Assembly (NCBI GenBank): GCA_963705905.1
Contig: OY970123.1
Span: 359,762 to 423,761 of the forward strand
Reading direction: 5' to 3'
Source: an uncultured Chloroflexia bacterium
Lineage (GTDB): Bacteria > Chloroflexota > Dehalococcoidia > GIF9 > UBA5629
DNA length: 64,000 nt
Position numbers and translations under genes: made by a program. Every line of letters starts with the position of its first letter. Positions within the stretch are counted from its first letter, which is position 1. Positions 19,047 to 28,315 of this stretch are shown here, one piece after another. The notes below the pieces were generated by a model that saw only the letters and a list, made by a program, of their open reading frames with translations, was not told the origin of the DNA and ran no database searches.

Positions 19047-19578
19047 GTTGCTGTCTCTTGCTTCTGCGTTTATGCCCTTCGGTTTCTCTGGGGTTTATCA
19101 GGGGCAACTGTCCGTCCAGCGGCGCCCCATGTTTGGTCTCGATCAGTGTATCCACTGCCTGCTTTAAAGTGGTGATATCCGAAAACTCATAGTAAACGCT
19201 GGCGAACCGGATATATGCGATATGATCGATGTCGGCCAGTTTGCTAACTATGATCTTCCCGATCAGAGAGCTAGGGATCTCGGTCTTGCCGAGGCGATAC
19301 AGATCGTTCTCGATCGTCTCGACCAGTTTTTCAATTGTCCCGGTCGGCATAGGCCGTTTCTCACAGGCTTTGCGTATGCCCGAAAATAACTTTTCACGGT
19401 TGAATTCTTCTCTTCGACCGTCTTTCTTGATTACATAGAGGCCCCTGTTCTGGATCCTCTCATAGGTTGTGAAGCGCTCCTTGCACTTAATACATTCACG
19501 ACGCCTCCTAATTTCATCCCCAAGGTTTCGTGAATCTATAACCTTAGATTCCAACTCACCGCAAGAAGGGCACTTCAT
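19039..19578 (-). CDS. nrdR: Transcriptional repressor NrdR
   Basis: MKCPSCG...SKVIDSR zinc ribbon plus an ATP-cone. I prefer ATG at 19578 over the track's TTG at 19584. Its 3' end overlaps the nrdJ start by 8 nt. Confidence 0.9.
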   Translation of the reverse strand: MKCPSCGELESKVIDSRNLGDEIRRRRECIKCKERFTTYERIQNRGLYVIKKDGRREEFNREKLFSGIRKACEKRPMPTGTIEKLVETIENDLYRLGKTEIPSSLIGKIIVSKLADIDHIAYIRFASVYYEFSDITTLKQAVDTLIETKHGAPLDGQLPLINPRETEGHKRRSKRQQRG

Positions 19579-19583
19579 CGTCA

Positions 19584-19638
19584 AACACTACACTGTGTGG
19601 TACGGATGGATACTAACACAAGATATAGTTGGAGTCAA
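19584..19638 (-). promoter_or_regulatory. nrdR-nrdJ promoter (TTGACT-17-TAGTAT) with two NrdR-box-like palindromes
   Basis: On the minus strand, -35 TTGACT is at 19638-19633 and -10 TAGTAT at 19615-19610. Box 2 (plus strand ACACAAGATATAGTTG, 19616-19631) fills the spacer. Box 1 (ACACTACACTGTGT, 19585-19598) lies 31 nt away. Both have ACAC...GTGT-type ends, as in NrdR operators. Confidence 0.5.
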
Positions 19639-19657
19639 TGGCTAAGAATACATAATA

Positions 19658-19689
19658 AAAGAGGCCGGAGAAATTTCTCCGGCCTCTTT
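19658..19689. terminator. Intrinsic terminator downstream of ftsZ
   Basis: AAAGAGGCCGGAGAAA/TTTCTCCGGCCTCTTT is a perfect palindrome. On the minus strand it is followed by TTTTATTATG. Confidence 0.75.
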
Positions 19690-19721
19690 AAGGTCCAGTG
19701 CATTAATTAGTGTGCACTATG

Positions 19722-20834
19722 TTAGCGAGGCATTCTGCTCATATCTGCCTGGCGAGGTGCTCCCGCTTGCGCATTGGGGTAACGCGTGCCTCTCCGCAGG
19801 AATGAAGGAACATCAAGGCTGTCTTCGGTTGCTCCACGAAGCAGTCTGCGCAGTTCCACCTCGGTTGGTACCCCGGAACCATATTGGGCTGTAAACCCGG
19901 TAGCTATGATCGTAATCTGGACTTCATCCTCAAGCTGAGGATTGAAGACTACGCCGAATATGATGTTGGCGTCAGGATCGACTGATTGGGCAATTACGTC
20001 GGCCGCCTCGTTGCATTCGAAGAGCGTGAGGTTGCTGCCGCCGGTTACGTTGAACAGCACGCCCTTGGCGCCGCTGATTGAAACGTCGAGCATCGGGCTT
20101 GCCAGGGCTGCTTTGGCTGCTTCGATCGCCCTATTCGAGCCCTTACCATGGCCTACTGACATCCATGCAGGGCCGGAGTTCTTCATGATGGCCCTGATGT
20201 CAGCGAAGTCAAGGTTTATCAGGCCGGGGACGGTTACCACTTCGGCAATGGCCTGTACGCCCAGCTTCAATACATCATCTGCCAACCGGAAGGCGTTGTC
20301 GACGGTAGTTTTGTTGTCGCAGAGCTCGATTATACGGTCGTTGGGGATGATAACCAGAGTATCTACTTTGTCGCAAAGTTGCAGTATTCCTTCTTCGGCT
20401 ACTTTCATGCGCCTGGCGCCTTCAAAGGCGAATGGCTTGGTTACGATGGCAATGGTCAGAGCGCCGGAGGACCTGGCAACTTCGGCCACTACGGGGATGC
20501 TGCCAGTGCCTGTGCCGCCGCCCATGCCTGCAGTGATGAATACCATGTCAGCGCCGGAGACCACTTCCTGGATTGCTTGACGGCTTTCTTCGGCCGATTT
20601 CCTGCCGACATTGTGATCGCCGCCTGCGCCAAGCCCGCGAGTTAGTTTTTCACCGAGTTGGACGCGTACCGGGACCTCTGCCAGTGCTAAGGCCTGCGCA
20701 TCGGTATTCATGCAAATGAATTCTACGCCCTTGATACCTTCGCGGACCATGCGGGTGATAGCATTTGAACCTCCGCCGCCGCAGCCTATGGCTTTGATCT
20801 TAGCCGGTGCTGTTGAGAACATTGATTTCGACAT
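19722..20834 (-). CDS. ftsZ: Cell division GTPase FtsZ
   Basis: 370 aa with the tubulin signature GGGTGTG and a typical N-terminus KIKAIGCGGGGSNAI. Confidence 0.95.
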   Translation of the reverse strand: MSKSMFSTAPAKIKAIGCGGGGSNAITRMVREGIKGVEFICMNTDAQALALAEVPVRVQLGEKLTRGLGAGGDHNVGRKSAEESRQAIQEVVSGADMVFITAGMGGGTGTGSIPVVAEVARSSGALTIAIVTKPFAFEGARRMKVAEEGILQLCDKVDTLVIIPNDRIIELCDNKTTVDNAFRLADDVLKLGVQAIAEVVTVPGLINLDFADIRAIMKNSGPAWMSVGHGKGSNRAIEAAKAALASPMLDVSISGAKGVLFNVTGGSNLTLFECNEAADVIAQSVDPDANIIFGVVFNPQLEDEVQITIIATGFTAQYGSGVPTEVELRRLLRGATEDSLDVPSFLRRGTRYPNAQAGAPRQADMSRMPR

Positions 20835-20873
20835 ACTTTCTAAAACCTCCTGCTATTTCAAAAATAATTGTTA

Positions 20874-22097
20874 CTAGGCACTAAAGAATTTCTTGAGCAT
20901 GCCCATGACGTTGCTTACCTGGCTGGTTTTAGCACCGCCCTTCGATTCCCAGGTGGGCTTTCCGCCGGTCTTGATGGCCCAGAGGAGAAGACCCACGCCG
21001 GTAGCGTTGGCCGGATCGTGCAGCACATCGGTAATGCCATAGACTCCCATCGGTTCTCCAATCCTGGTCGGGATGCGGATTGTGCCGCGGGCGAGAGCTT
21101 CGAGGCCGTTCATCTTGGAACCGCCGCCGGTCATTACCAGTCCGGCCGGCGCCAGCGATGCATAGCTGGTATCCGGCATTTCCAGTAAGATGAGCCTGAG
21201 CAGCTCCTCCATGCGGTCACGAAGAATGTTGCAAAGGTCTTTGTAGGAAACGCTGTGTCCGTCTTCCACTGTCAGGGTGGAACCCTCGTCTTTCTGGCCA
21301 GTCTCGGGGTAAACATTGCCGTACTTCTTCTTCATCGCTTCTGCGATTTCAAAGGGCAATCCCAGGCCGATAGAGAGGTCGCTGGTAAACTGGTAGCCGG
21401 CCACGGGTATTATGGAGGTGTGATAGATGCTGCCGTCCTTAAATACAGCTATGTCAGTGGTCCCTCCTCCGATATCCGCCATAATTACGCCGATCTCTTT
21501 CTCTTCCGGCGTAAGTACCGACTCGCCGCTGGCCAGCGGTTCGAGCACCAGGTCGTCGATTTCCACGCCAACGCTGCGAACGCATTTAACCAGGTTCTGC
21601 ACTGAAGCTGTGGACGCAGTAATGATGTGGGTTTCGACGTCCAGCCTGAACCCATGCATGCCTACCGGGTTCTTGATTTTCTCCTGGGTGTCCAGGCTGT
21701 AACCCCTTGGGATCTGGTGCAGGATTTTCCTGTCGTCCGGGATGTTGATATTCTTGGCTGACGACAGAACACGTGACAGATCGTCCTGCCTGACAAGCCG
21801 GTCGGTCCTGGGTATGGCCACTACGCCGTGGCTGTTGACCGAACTGATGTGCCTGCCTGTCACTCCGATGTAAGCCGATTCGATCTTTACGCCGCTGGCC
21901 TGTTCAGCACGTTTAACCGATTCGGCGACGGAATCTCTCGCTTCATCGACGTTGACGACCATGCCTTTGTGAAGACCGTGGGAAGGTACCTGGCCGACCC
22001 CAAGCACCTGCAGGGCACCGCCGGAATCAAGAGTGGCAACAATTGTACAAATCTTAGTTGTGCCCACGTCGATACCGGTGATTAACCTTTTTGTCAT
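20874..22097 (-). CDS. ftsA: Cell division protein FtsA
   Basis: 407 aa actin-like ATPase (ITGIDVGTTKICT.., DIGGGTTDIAVF). It lies directly upstream of ftsZ. Confidence 0.9.
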   Translation of the reverse strand: MTKRLITGIDVGTTKICTIVATLDSGGALQVLGVGQVPSHGLHKGMVVNVDEARDSVAESVKRAEQASGVKIESAYIGVTGRHISSVNSHGVVAIPRTDRLVRQDDLSRVLSSAKNINIPDDRKILHQIPRGYSLDTQEKIKNPVGMHGFRLDVETHIITASTASVQNLVKCVRSVGVEIDDLVLEPLASGESVLTPEEKEIGVIMADIGGGTTDIAVFKDGSIYHTSIIPVAGYQFTSDLSIGLGLPFEIAEAMKKKYGNVYPETGQKDEGSTLTVEDGHSVSYKDLCNILRDRMEELLRLILLEMPDTSYASLAPAGLVMTGGGSKMNGLEALARGTIRIPTRIGEPMGVYGITDVLHDPANATGVGLLLWAIKTGGKPTWESKGGAKTSQVSNVMGMLKKFFSA

Positions 22098-22166
22098 TTA
22101 TCCATGCCTCCTTCGATTTAGTGATTCTTTAACTACTATCTTTCCTGCTGAGTGAGTTAACAAGCG

Positions 22167-22301
22167 CTATAAGAAGTATAGGATGGCAATAGCGATTATC
22201 AGGCTGACGAAAACGATCCCGTCAAAAACCATGCCGCCGAATATTGCCAGGAGTCTCCTGTCTTTATTCAGGATGGTGCCGAATCTGTTTACTGCTATCA
22301 T
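22167..22301 (-). CDS. Small (44 aa) tail-anchored membrane protein between rsmH and ftsA
   Basis: Below the ORF-track size cutoff. My translation is MIAVNRFGTILNKDRRLLAIFGGMVFDGIVFVSLIIAIAILYFL*. An AGGAGG SD lies 7-8 nt upstream of the ATG (22301-22299). Confidence 0.45.
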   Translation of the reverse strand: MIAVNRFGTILNKDRRLLAIFGGMVFDGIVFVSLIIAIAILYFL

Positions 22302-22322
22302 TTTCTTTGCCTCCTGCTTCCT

Positions 22323-23258
22323 TTATATTCTTTGCGCTACGCGAAGCTTGGCGCTCCTGCTGCGCGGGTTTGTTTCTATTTCGGTTTCGGTTGGTGTAAT
22401 GAGATGCTTGTTTATAAGGCTGAGTTGTTGCTGATGATGACAGCGGCATTCGGGGATGTTGCTCGGACATATACATGACCTGGTTTCTCGTGCCATGAAA
22501 TTCTTTACTATGCGGTCTTCCAGCGAATGGTAGCTGATGACCGCCAGCCTGCCCCCCGGAGCCAGGCACTTGAGGCTTTGGTCAAGGGCGGACGTAAGAT
22601 GGTCCAGTTCCCGGTTGACCGCAATGCGCAGGGCCTGGAAAGTCCTGGTAGCCGGATGAATCTTGCTGTAGCGTTCGCCGATTGAGCTGGAAACTATGGC
22701 AGCCAGTTCGGCTGTATCCGATATCGGCCTGTGCCTGACGATATTGCTGGCTATCCTGTTGGCATAGGATTCTTCACCATAGATAAATATGAGCTGGGCT
22801 AGTTTGGATTCGGGCATTTTGTTGACGATATCGGCGGCCGTCAATTGCTCGTCCGGATTGAACCGCATGTCGAGCGGGCCGCTGCGCTGGAAGCTGAATC
22901 CGCGTTCGTCGCTGGACAGTTGCAGGGAAGAAAGGCCCAGGTCGAATAAAATACCGTCTACGGGCATAAAGCCGGTCTCGGTGCAAATATTTTCCAGGTT
23001 ATAGAAGTTGTCATTAACGATTACGGTGCTTTCGAAGTAGTCATAGAGATTGTGTTGTGCGATGCGGATGGCCTCGGGGTCGGAGTCGATGCCCAGCAAC
23101 TCGCCGCCGGGCTGGCATTTGGACAAGATAGCTGCTGAATGACCGCCGCCGCCCAGAGTGCAATCGACATAGCGCTTACCCGGACTGACGTCCAACCCCT
23201 GGATAACCTCGGATATCAGTACTGGTGTATGGACCATTCGATCTAAAGTAAGGCTCAT
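22323..23258 (-). CDS. rsmH: 16S rRNA (cytosine1402-N4)-methyltransferase
   Basis: 311 aa with HTPVLISEV...DCTLGGGGHS motifs. Overlaps the mraZ stop by 4 nt. Confidence 0.9.
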   Translation of the reverse strand: MSLTLDRMVHTPVLISEVIQGLDVSPGKRYVDCTLGGGGHSAAILSKCQPGGELLGIDSDPEAIRIAQHNLYDYFESTVIVNDNFYNLENICTETGFMPVDGILFDLGLSSLQLSSDERGFSFQRSGPLDMRFNPDEQLTAADIVNKMPESKLAQLIFIYGEESYANRIASNIVRHRPISDTAELAAIVSSSIGERYSKIHPATRTFQALRIAVNRELDHLTSALDQSLKCLAPGGRLAVISYHSLEDRIVKNFMARETRSCICPSNIPECRCHHQQQLSLINKHLITPTETEIETNPRSRSAKLRVAQRI

Positions 23259-23683
23259 TTCCTCTCCTCAAGAAAATCCATTATCTGGCGTGCATCGTCC
23301 GAAGAAATCTTTTCTTTCTTCAAGTGGGCCGGATTCCAAATTTCAAAATAGTTGTTAACGCCCGCAATCGTAGCGCTGCCGGAGATACCGCACCTTTCCC
23401 TCAGCGCCGACGGCAGGGCTATCCTGCCCTGGTTATCTATGGTGACTTCATTGGCATTGCTGAAGATAAAACGGTTTACCTTCCTTTCCTTATCGGACAT
23501 GAGGAAACCTGTCGGGGCCTGGTTGGCTGTCATCTTAGCCCAGTCGTCTTTGGTATAGGCAGTGATGCAGTTGTCGGCCACCATAGTAAGCATAAGGCCG
23601 TCATCGATGTCTTTGCGGAATTTGGGCGGCAAAGGCAGACGACCTTTGTTATCGACCCTGTATTCGTATTCACCAACAAACAT
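23255..23683 (-). CDS. mraZ: Transcriptional regulator MraZ
   Basis: 142 aa, MFVGEYEYRVDNKGRLPLP, with a second DNQGRIALP SpoVT-AbrB repeat. Confidence 0.9.
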   Translation of the reverse strand: MFVGEYEYRVDNKGRLPLPPKFRKDIDDGLMLTMVADNCITAYTKDDWAKMTANQAPTGFLMSDKERKVNRFIFSNANEVTIDNQGRIALPSALRERCGISGSATIAGVNNYFEIWNPAHLKKEKISSDDARQIMDFLEERK

Positions 23684-23706
23684 AATTTACTAACCTGACG
23701 GAGTTT

Positions 23707-24072
23707 TTATGCCGGCAGAGCTTCTCTTTCAATAGCTCCCAGCATGTTATTCAAAACACTGCAATCGAGGCTGGCCAATTCGCTGATGTATTTGGATGTC
23801 CCGTTTTCATGGTTTAGTGAGTAATGTGCCGTTCCATTGGAACAATATTGTTCGTCGATCACTCCACTACTGACTAGATCCTTGATGATCTCGCGCAGGT
23901 GGTACCGCGTTACATCCAGGAAGTTTGCTATACAATCCAGATCGAATTTAGTATGGGGATGCTTACCCCAGAAAAATAAAAGTCTCAATTTCAGTCCTGT
24001 AAAATCATTTTCCTTAATAAACGAGAAAAGATCCGGCTCAACCATGTTTTCGCGGCAATAATTAATGACCAT
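23707..24072 (-). CDS. Small winged-helix-like protein, first gene of the mraZ cluster
   Basis: 121-aa ORF with an SD-like AAGGGGA upstream. The central segment LDCIANFLDVTRYHLREIIKDLVSSGVI looks like an HTH recognition-helix region. No firm family call. Confidence 0.5.
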   Translation of the reverse strand: MVINYCRENMVEPDLFSFIKENDFTGLKLRLLFFWGKHPHTKFDLDCIANFLDVTRYHLREIIKDLVSSGVIDEQYCSNGTAHYSLNHENGTSKYISELASLDCSVLNNMLGAIEREALPA

Positions 24073-24080
24073 ATCTTTTC

Positions 24081-24136
24081 CCCTTATTTACCACTTTTTA
24101 CCACTATGCCCCATTATGAACACTTTTTCCCCCACT
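24081..24136 (-). promoter_or_regulatory. Phased GTGG direct repeats (candidate MraZ operator array)
   Basis: On the plus strand, CCCT, CCAC, CCAC, CCAT, CACT and CCAC start at 24081, 24091, 24101, 24111, 24121 and 24132 (10-11 bp phasing). Two exact TTACCACT copies lie at 24088 and 24098. Confidence 0.35.
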
Positions 24137-24380
24137 TGTCAATAGCTAAACAGGGAAAAAACTTCGACATTTTGCAACGATTTTATTGCAAAAATTTGCG
24201 GCAAAACTTCAAAACCACCAGATAAAAGGTCCTAAAACGACAAAAACACAATATATTGTGTTGAGTTGTATCCGAAGATTCATATATATGTAAATGTAGG
24301 AGACCGAGGCATAATTTTGTGGTTTAATACAGGTATGGTAGAATGGTTTGCTATTTTAGGTACTTACGGGCGATTTAGCT

Positions 24381-25124
24381 GTGCTACGTATTGATGTTTT
24401 GACACTTTTCCCCGAAGCTTTTTCAGGTTATCTGGAGCACAGTATTATCGGCAGGGCCTCGGAGAAGCAGGTCGTGGATATAAGGTTACATAATATTAGA
24501 GATTTTACGCATGATAAACATAGTACTGTGGATGACTATCCCTATGGTGGGGGAGCGGGCATGGTCATGAAACCGGGCCCCATATTTGAAGCTGTGGAAT
24601 TCGTAAAAGCTGAAAGCCGGGCAGATGATTGTCGTATCGTGCTTCTCACTCCCCAGGGAAAGGTGTTTACGCAAGAAATAGCAGGTAAGCTCAGTGAGGA
24701 AAACAACATAATATTAATCTGCGGACATTATGAAGGCATAGATGAGAGGGTAGCTCAGCACCTGGCTACTGACGAATTCAGCATCGGGGACTATTTGTTG
24801 AGCGGGGGCGAGGTTGCAGCTATGGTGATTATAGATTGCCTGGTAAGGCTGCTGCCGGGAGCTATCGGCTCCAGTACATCGCTGGTTGAAGAGTCACATA
24901 TGGATGGTCTGCTCGAGTATCCCCAATACACCAGGCCGCCGGAATACAGGGGTTGGAAAGTTCCGGACGTGCTGCTCTCAGGCAATCACAAAGAGATTGC
25001 CGATTGGCGTCGCATGCAAAGTCTGAGGCGGACTGCCGGCAGAAGGCCTGACCTGTTGAAGAAGGCTTCATTAACAGATAAAGAGCACAAAATGCTAAAA
25101 TCTGTTGATTTGAATAATAATTAA
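24381..25124 (+). CDS. trmD: tRNA (guanine37-N1)-methyltransferase
   Basis: 247 aa with a GTG start. [10 protein letters not shown].., GGGAGMVMK and [11 protein letters not shown] motifs. Confidence 0.9.
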   Translation: MLRIDVLTLFPEAFSGYLEHSIIGRASEKQVVDIRLHNIRDFTHDKHSTVDDYPYGGGAGMVMKPGPIFEAVEFVKAESRADDCRIVLLTPQGKVFTQEIAGKLSEENNIILICGHYEGIDERVAQHLATDEFSIGDYLLSGGEVAAMVIIDCLVRLLPGAIGSSTSLVEESHMDGLLEYPQYTRPPEYRGWKVPDVLLSGNHKEIADWRRMQSLRRTAGRRPDLLKKASLTDKEHKMLKSVDLNNN

Positions 25125-25147
25125 ATTCTAAGGAAAGGAATCAGAAA

Positions 25148-25576
25148 ATGGACATCAAGGCTTTAGGAAAAACTAAAATAAACCCGAATTTACCCAAGCT
25201 GGCAGCGGGAGATAATGTACGTGTAAGCTTCAAAATCAAGGAAGCCAGCAGGGAACGGTTGCAGACATTCCCCGGGTTAGTGATTAAAATTGCCAAGAAT
25301 GGGGCCGGTGGCAATTTCACCGTCCGCAGGGTCACTTCAGGCGTAGGCGTTGAACATACGTTTCCCCTGGCATCGCCGTTACTGGAGAAAATAGAAGTTG
25401 TGAGGCACGGTAAGGTGCGGCGCAGCAAGTTATACTATATCAGGAGGCTCAGCACCAAGGAAGCCAGGCTCAAGGAAAGACGTGAGCTTATAGCCGATAG
25501 TACGGCTGCAGCTATAACAGAAGAGACGCCCGCCGCGGAAACGGCATCCGCTGATAAGCCTTCCGAATCAAAATAG
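25148..25576 (+). CDS. rplS: 50S ribosomal protein L19 with an acidic/Ala-rich C-terminal extension
   Basis: 142 aa. The core GDNVRVSFKIKEASRERLQTFPGLVI is typical L19. The last ~30 aa (IADSTAAAITEETPAAETASADKPSESK) are extra. Confidence 0.9.
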   Translation: MDIKALGKTKINPNLPKLAAGDNVRVSFKIKEASRERLQTFPGLVIKIAKNGAGGNFTVRRVTSGVGVEHTFPLASPLLEKIEVVRHGKVRRSKLYYIRRLSTKEARLKERRELIADSTAAAITEETPAAETASADKPSESK

Positions 25577-25581
25577 TTTGG

Positions 25582-27810
25582 ATGAAATATGCTGAGGTGG
25601 CCGTCAATGCACCTGGCGGCCATCGCCATACTTTCTCTTATTCAATCCCGGAAACGCTGAGAGTTGATGTTGGCTGCGGTGTCAGGGTGCCTTTCGGCCC
25701 ACGAATACTGCAGGGGATTATCATTGAGGTTACGGATAAACCTTCTTTTCCCGATACCAGAGATATTGAGCAGCTCATTTATTCTTCCCCGATCATATCA
25801 CCCGAACATATAAAACTCGCTCTTTGGATAGCAGACTACTACATCTCGCCACTCTGGAATTCTGTCTCTCTGTTCCTGATACCCGGTTTTGCAAGAGACA
25901 CCGTTATCAAACCGAAATCGATAAAATACATGGTGCTTGTTCCCGAGAATGAACTATCAAAGAGTGATTCAGCCCGGCCGGGTAAAGGCATATCAGCCAA
26001 GCAGCACGCCGTCCTGGAATTACTTTCCGAATCCGGGGGCAAATTACCGGTCTCCCGGATTCTGGGACAATTGCATTTGGGCGTGAGTGTTATAAAAGCG
26101 CTGCTGGCTAAAGGGCTGGTTATCGAAGAAGAAATAGAGGTAAGTCGTGACCCGCTGGCCCGCCGCGAGCTTCCACTGGAATTGCCTTTTACATTTACAG
26201 ACAATCAGAAGGTGGCCTGGCAGTCTATCGAAGGTTCAATCGATACTCAGGGCGGCCCGGGAAAACCGGACCTGTTTCTCTTGCATGGAGTTACCGGTAG
26301 CGGAAAGACGGAGATATATTTGAGGGCACTGGCAGAAACGATAAAACGGGGTAAAAAGGGCATATGCCTGGTGCCTGAAATTTCTTTGACAGCGCAGGTT
26401 ATCAGCCGTTTCTTCGCCAGGTTTCCGGGCAGGGTTGCCGTATATCACAGCAAGCTTTCAAAAGGAGAACAATATGATGAATGGAGGCGCATCCAAAAAG
26501 GGGAATTTGATATCGTAATAGGCCCCCGCAGCGCCGTCTTCTCTCCTCAGCCCGATCTGGGACTCATCATAGTAGATGAGGAGCATGAGTGGGCTTATAA
26601 ACAGTCTGATCAAACACCCAGATATCATGCCCGCGATGTGGCCGTGAAACTTGCGATGCTGACCGGCTCCACGCTGATTATGGGCAGCGCAACCCCAGAT
26701 GTCGAAACGTACTATAAGGCCATGAATGGTAATTACCGTCTAATCGAGTTGAAAGAACGTATCACGCCCCTAGGCAGTACCCCTTTACCGGAAGTCAGCG
26801 TTGTTAATATGAGAGACGAATTAAAGGCTGGGAACCGTAGTATCTTCAGCCGCTTGCTCAAGACCCTGATTAAGCTCGCCCTCGAGCAACGGGAGCAGGT
26901 TATCCTTTTTATTAACCGCCGCGGCCAGTCGACGTTTGTGGAATGCATAAATTGCGGCTATGTGCCAAGTTGCAAGAGGTGCTCGGGTTCACTTACTTAT
27001 CATTCTGTGGAGAAGCGTTTGATTTGCCATCATTGCCGGCGTACGTATCCGGTCATAAACACCTGTCCTAACTGTTCCAGTAAAGAGATTAAATATTTTG
27101 GTATCGGTACCGAGACGGTTGAAGCTGAATGCCGCAAATTATTTCCCTATGCCAGAGTGTTGCGCTTTGACAGCGATACCATGGCCAGGACCAGGGAATA
27201 TGAAAAAGCCTTGAATAGTTTCCGCAGACAGGAGATCGATATATTAGTCGGCACGCAGATACTGGCCAAGGGGCTGGACTTCCCTGGTGTCTCGGTAGTA
27301 GGCATAGTCAACTCGGACAGCAGTTTGAATCTGCCGGACTTTCGCTCGGGAGAGAGGACGTTTCAGCTTTTATGCCAGGTTGAGGGCAGGGCCGGCCGCG
27401 GGATAGTGGCAGGTAAAGCGGTCATTCAGACCTATAATCCGGGGTACTACGCCATCAAATATGCCGCCATGCATGACTATAAAGGATTTTATGAAAGTGA
27501 ACTGAAATACAGGCGTGAATTCGGTTATCCTCCCTTTACGAGGATGGTCCGCTTGCTTTACAGCCATAGTAATGAGGAGAAATGTCGCACAGAAGCCGGC
27601 AGGCTGGCAGCAAGTATCCAGTCGATTATCGACGAGCAAGGTATCGAAGGTTTTAAGTTGATAGGCCCTGCGCCCGCCTTCGTTTCGAGGCTGAGAGGTA
27701 AATATCAGGTGCAGCTTATTTTGCTGGGCAGCAACCCGCGCAGCATATTGGGCAGATTAGATTTTCCCATAGGATGGATTTTGGACGTTGACCCCGTCGG
27801 TATGATTTAA
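25582..27810 (+). CDS. priA: Primosomal protein N' (replication restart helicase)
   Basis: 742 aa with Walker A GVTGSGKTEIY, a DEEH box and Cys4 zinc fingers (CINCGY..CKRC.., CHHC..CPNC). Confidence 0.9.
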   Translation: MKYAEVAVNAPGGHRHTFSYSIPETLRVDVGCGVRVPFGPRILQGIIIEVTDKPSFPDTRDIEQLIYSSPIISPEHIKLALWIADYYISPLWNSVSLFLIPGFARDTVIKPKSIKYMVLVPENELSKSDSARPGKGISAKQHAVLELLSESGGKLPVSRILGQLHLGVSVIKALLAKGLVIEEEIEVSRDPLARRELPLELPFTFTDNQKVAWQSIEGSIDTQGGPGKPDLFLLHGVTGSGKTEIYLRALAETIKRGKKGICLVPEISLTAQVISRFFARFPGRVAVYHSKLSKGEQYDEWRRIQKGEFDIVIGPRSAVFSPQPDLGLIIVDEEHEWAYKQSDQTPRYHARDVAVKLAMLTGSTLIMGSATPDVETYYKAMNGNYRLIELKERITPLGSTPLPEVSVVNMRDELKAGNRSIFSRLLKTLIKLALEQREQVILFINRRGQSTFVECINCGYVPSCKRCSGSLTYHSVEKRLICHHCRRTYPVINTCPNCSSKEIKYFGIGTETVEAECRKLFPYARVLRFDSDTMARTREYEKALNSFRRQEIDILVGTQILAKGLDFPGVSVVGIVNSDSSLNLPDFRSGERTFQLLCQVEGRAGRGIVAGKAVIQTYNPGYYAIKYAAMHDYKGFYESELKYRREFGYPPFTRMVRLLYSHSNEEKCRTEAGRLAASIQSIIDEQGIEGFKLIGPAPAFVSRLRGKYQVQLILLGSNPRSILGRLDFPIGWILDVDPVGMI

Positions 27811-27819
27811 TTACTTATC

Positions 27820-28299
27820 ATGGCAGTATTAAGAATCCGCACTAACCCGGATCCTGTTCTAAGGAAAAAGGCCAAGCGGGTCACCGACCTCGATTCCGTT
27901 CAGCGCTTAGTTGACGACATGGTTGAGACGCTGACCGCCGCACCCGGCGTTGGATTGGCAGCCAACCAGGTGGGTACCCCTTTGCGCATTATAGTTATAA
28001 GGATCCCCGAGGAAGAGAATGTCATAGCATTGATAAACCCGGAAATCGTTGAAAAGAAAGGTGAAAGGTGTGTGATGGAAGGTTGCTTGAGCATTCCGGG
28101 CTATCAGGCTGAGATCACGAGATCGGAATCGGTAAAGGTTAGGGCCAAGGACAGGCATGGCAAACTGGTACGCAAGAAGGCTACAGAATTACTGGCCCAG
28201 GCACTTGAGCATGAAATAGATCACCTCAACGGGATCCTGTATATAGACTATCTTCAAGACAAGGACCAATTACTCAAAACCGAGGAAGAAACGGAATAG
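27820..28299 (+). CDS. def: Peptide deformylase
   Basis: 159 aa with GLAANQVG, EGCLS and HEIDHL motifs. Confidence 0.95.
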   Translation: MAVLRIRTNPDPVLRKKAKRVTDLDSVQRLVDDMVETLTAAPGVGLAANQVGTPLRIIVIRIPEEENVIALINPEIVEKKGERCVMEGCLSIPGYQAEITRSESVKVRAKDRHGKLVRKKATELLAQALEHEIDHLNGILYIDYLQDKDQLLKTEEETE

Positions 28300-28315
28300 G
28301 ATTTGTAACGCGTCG

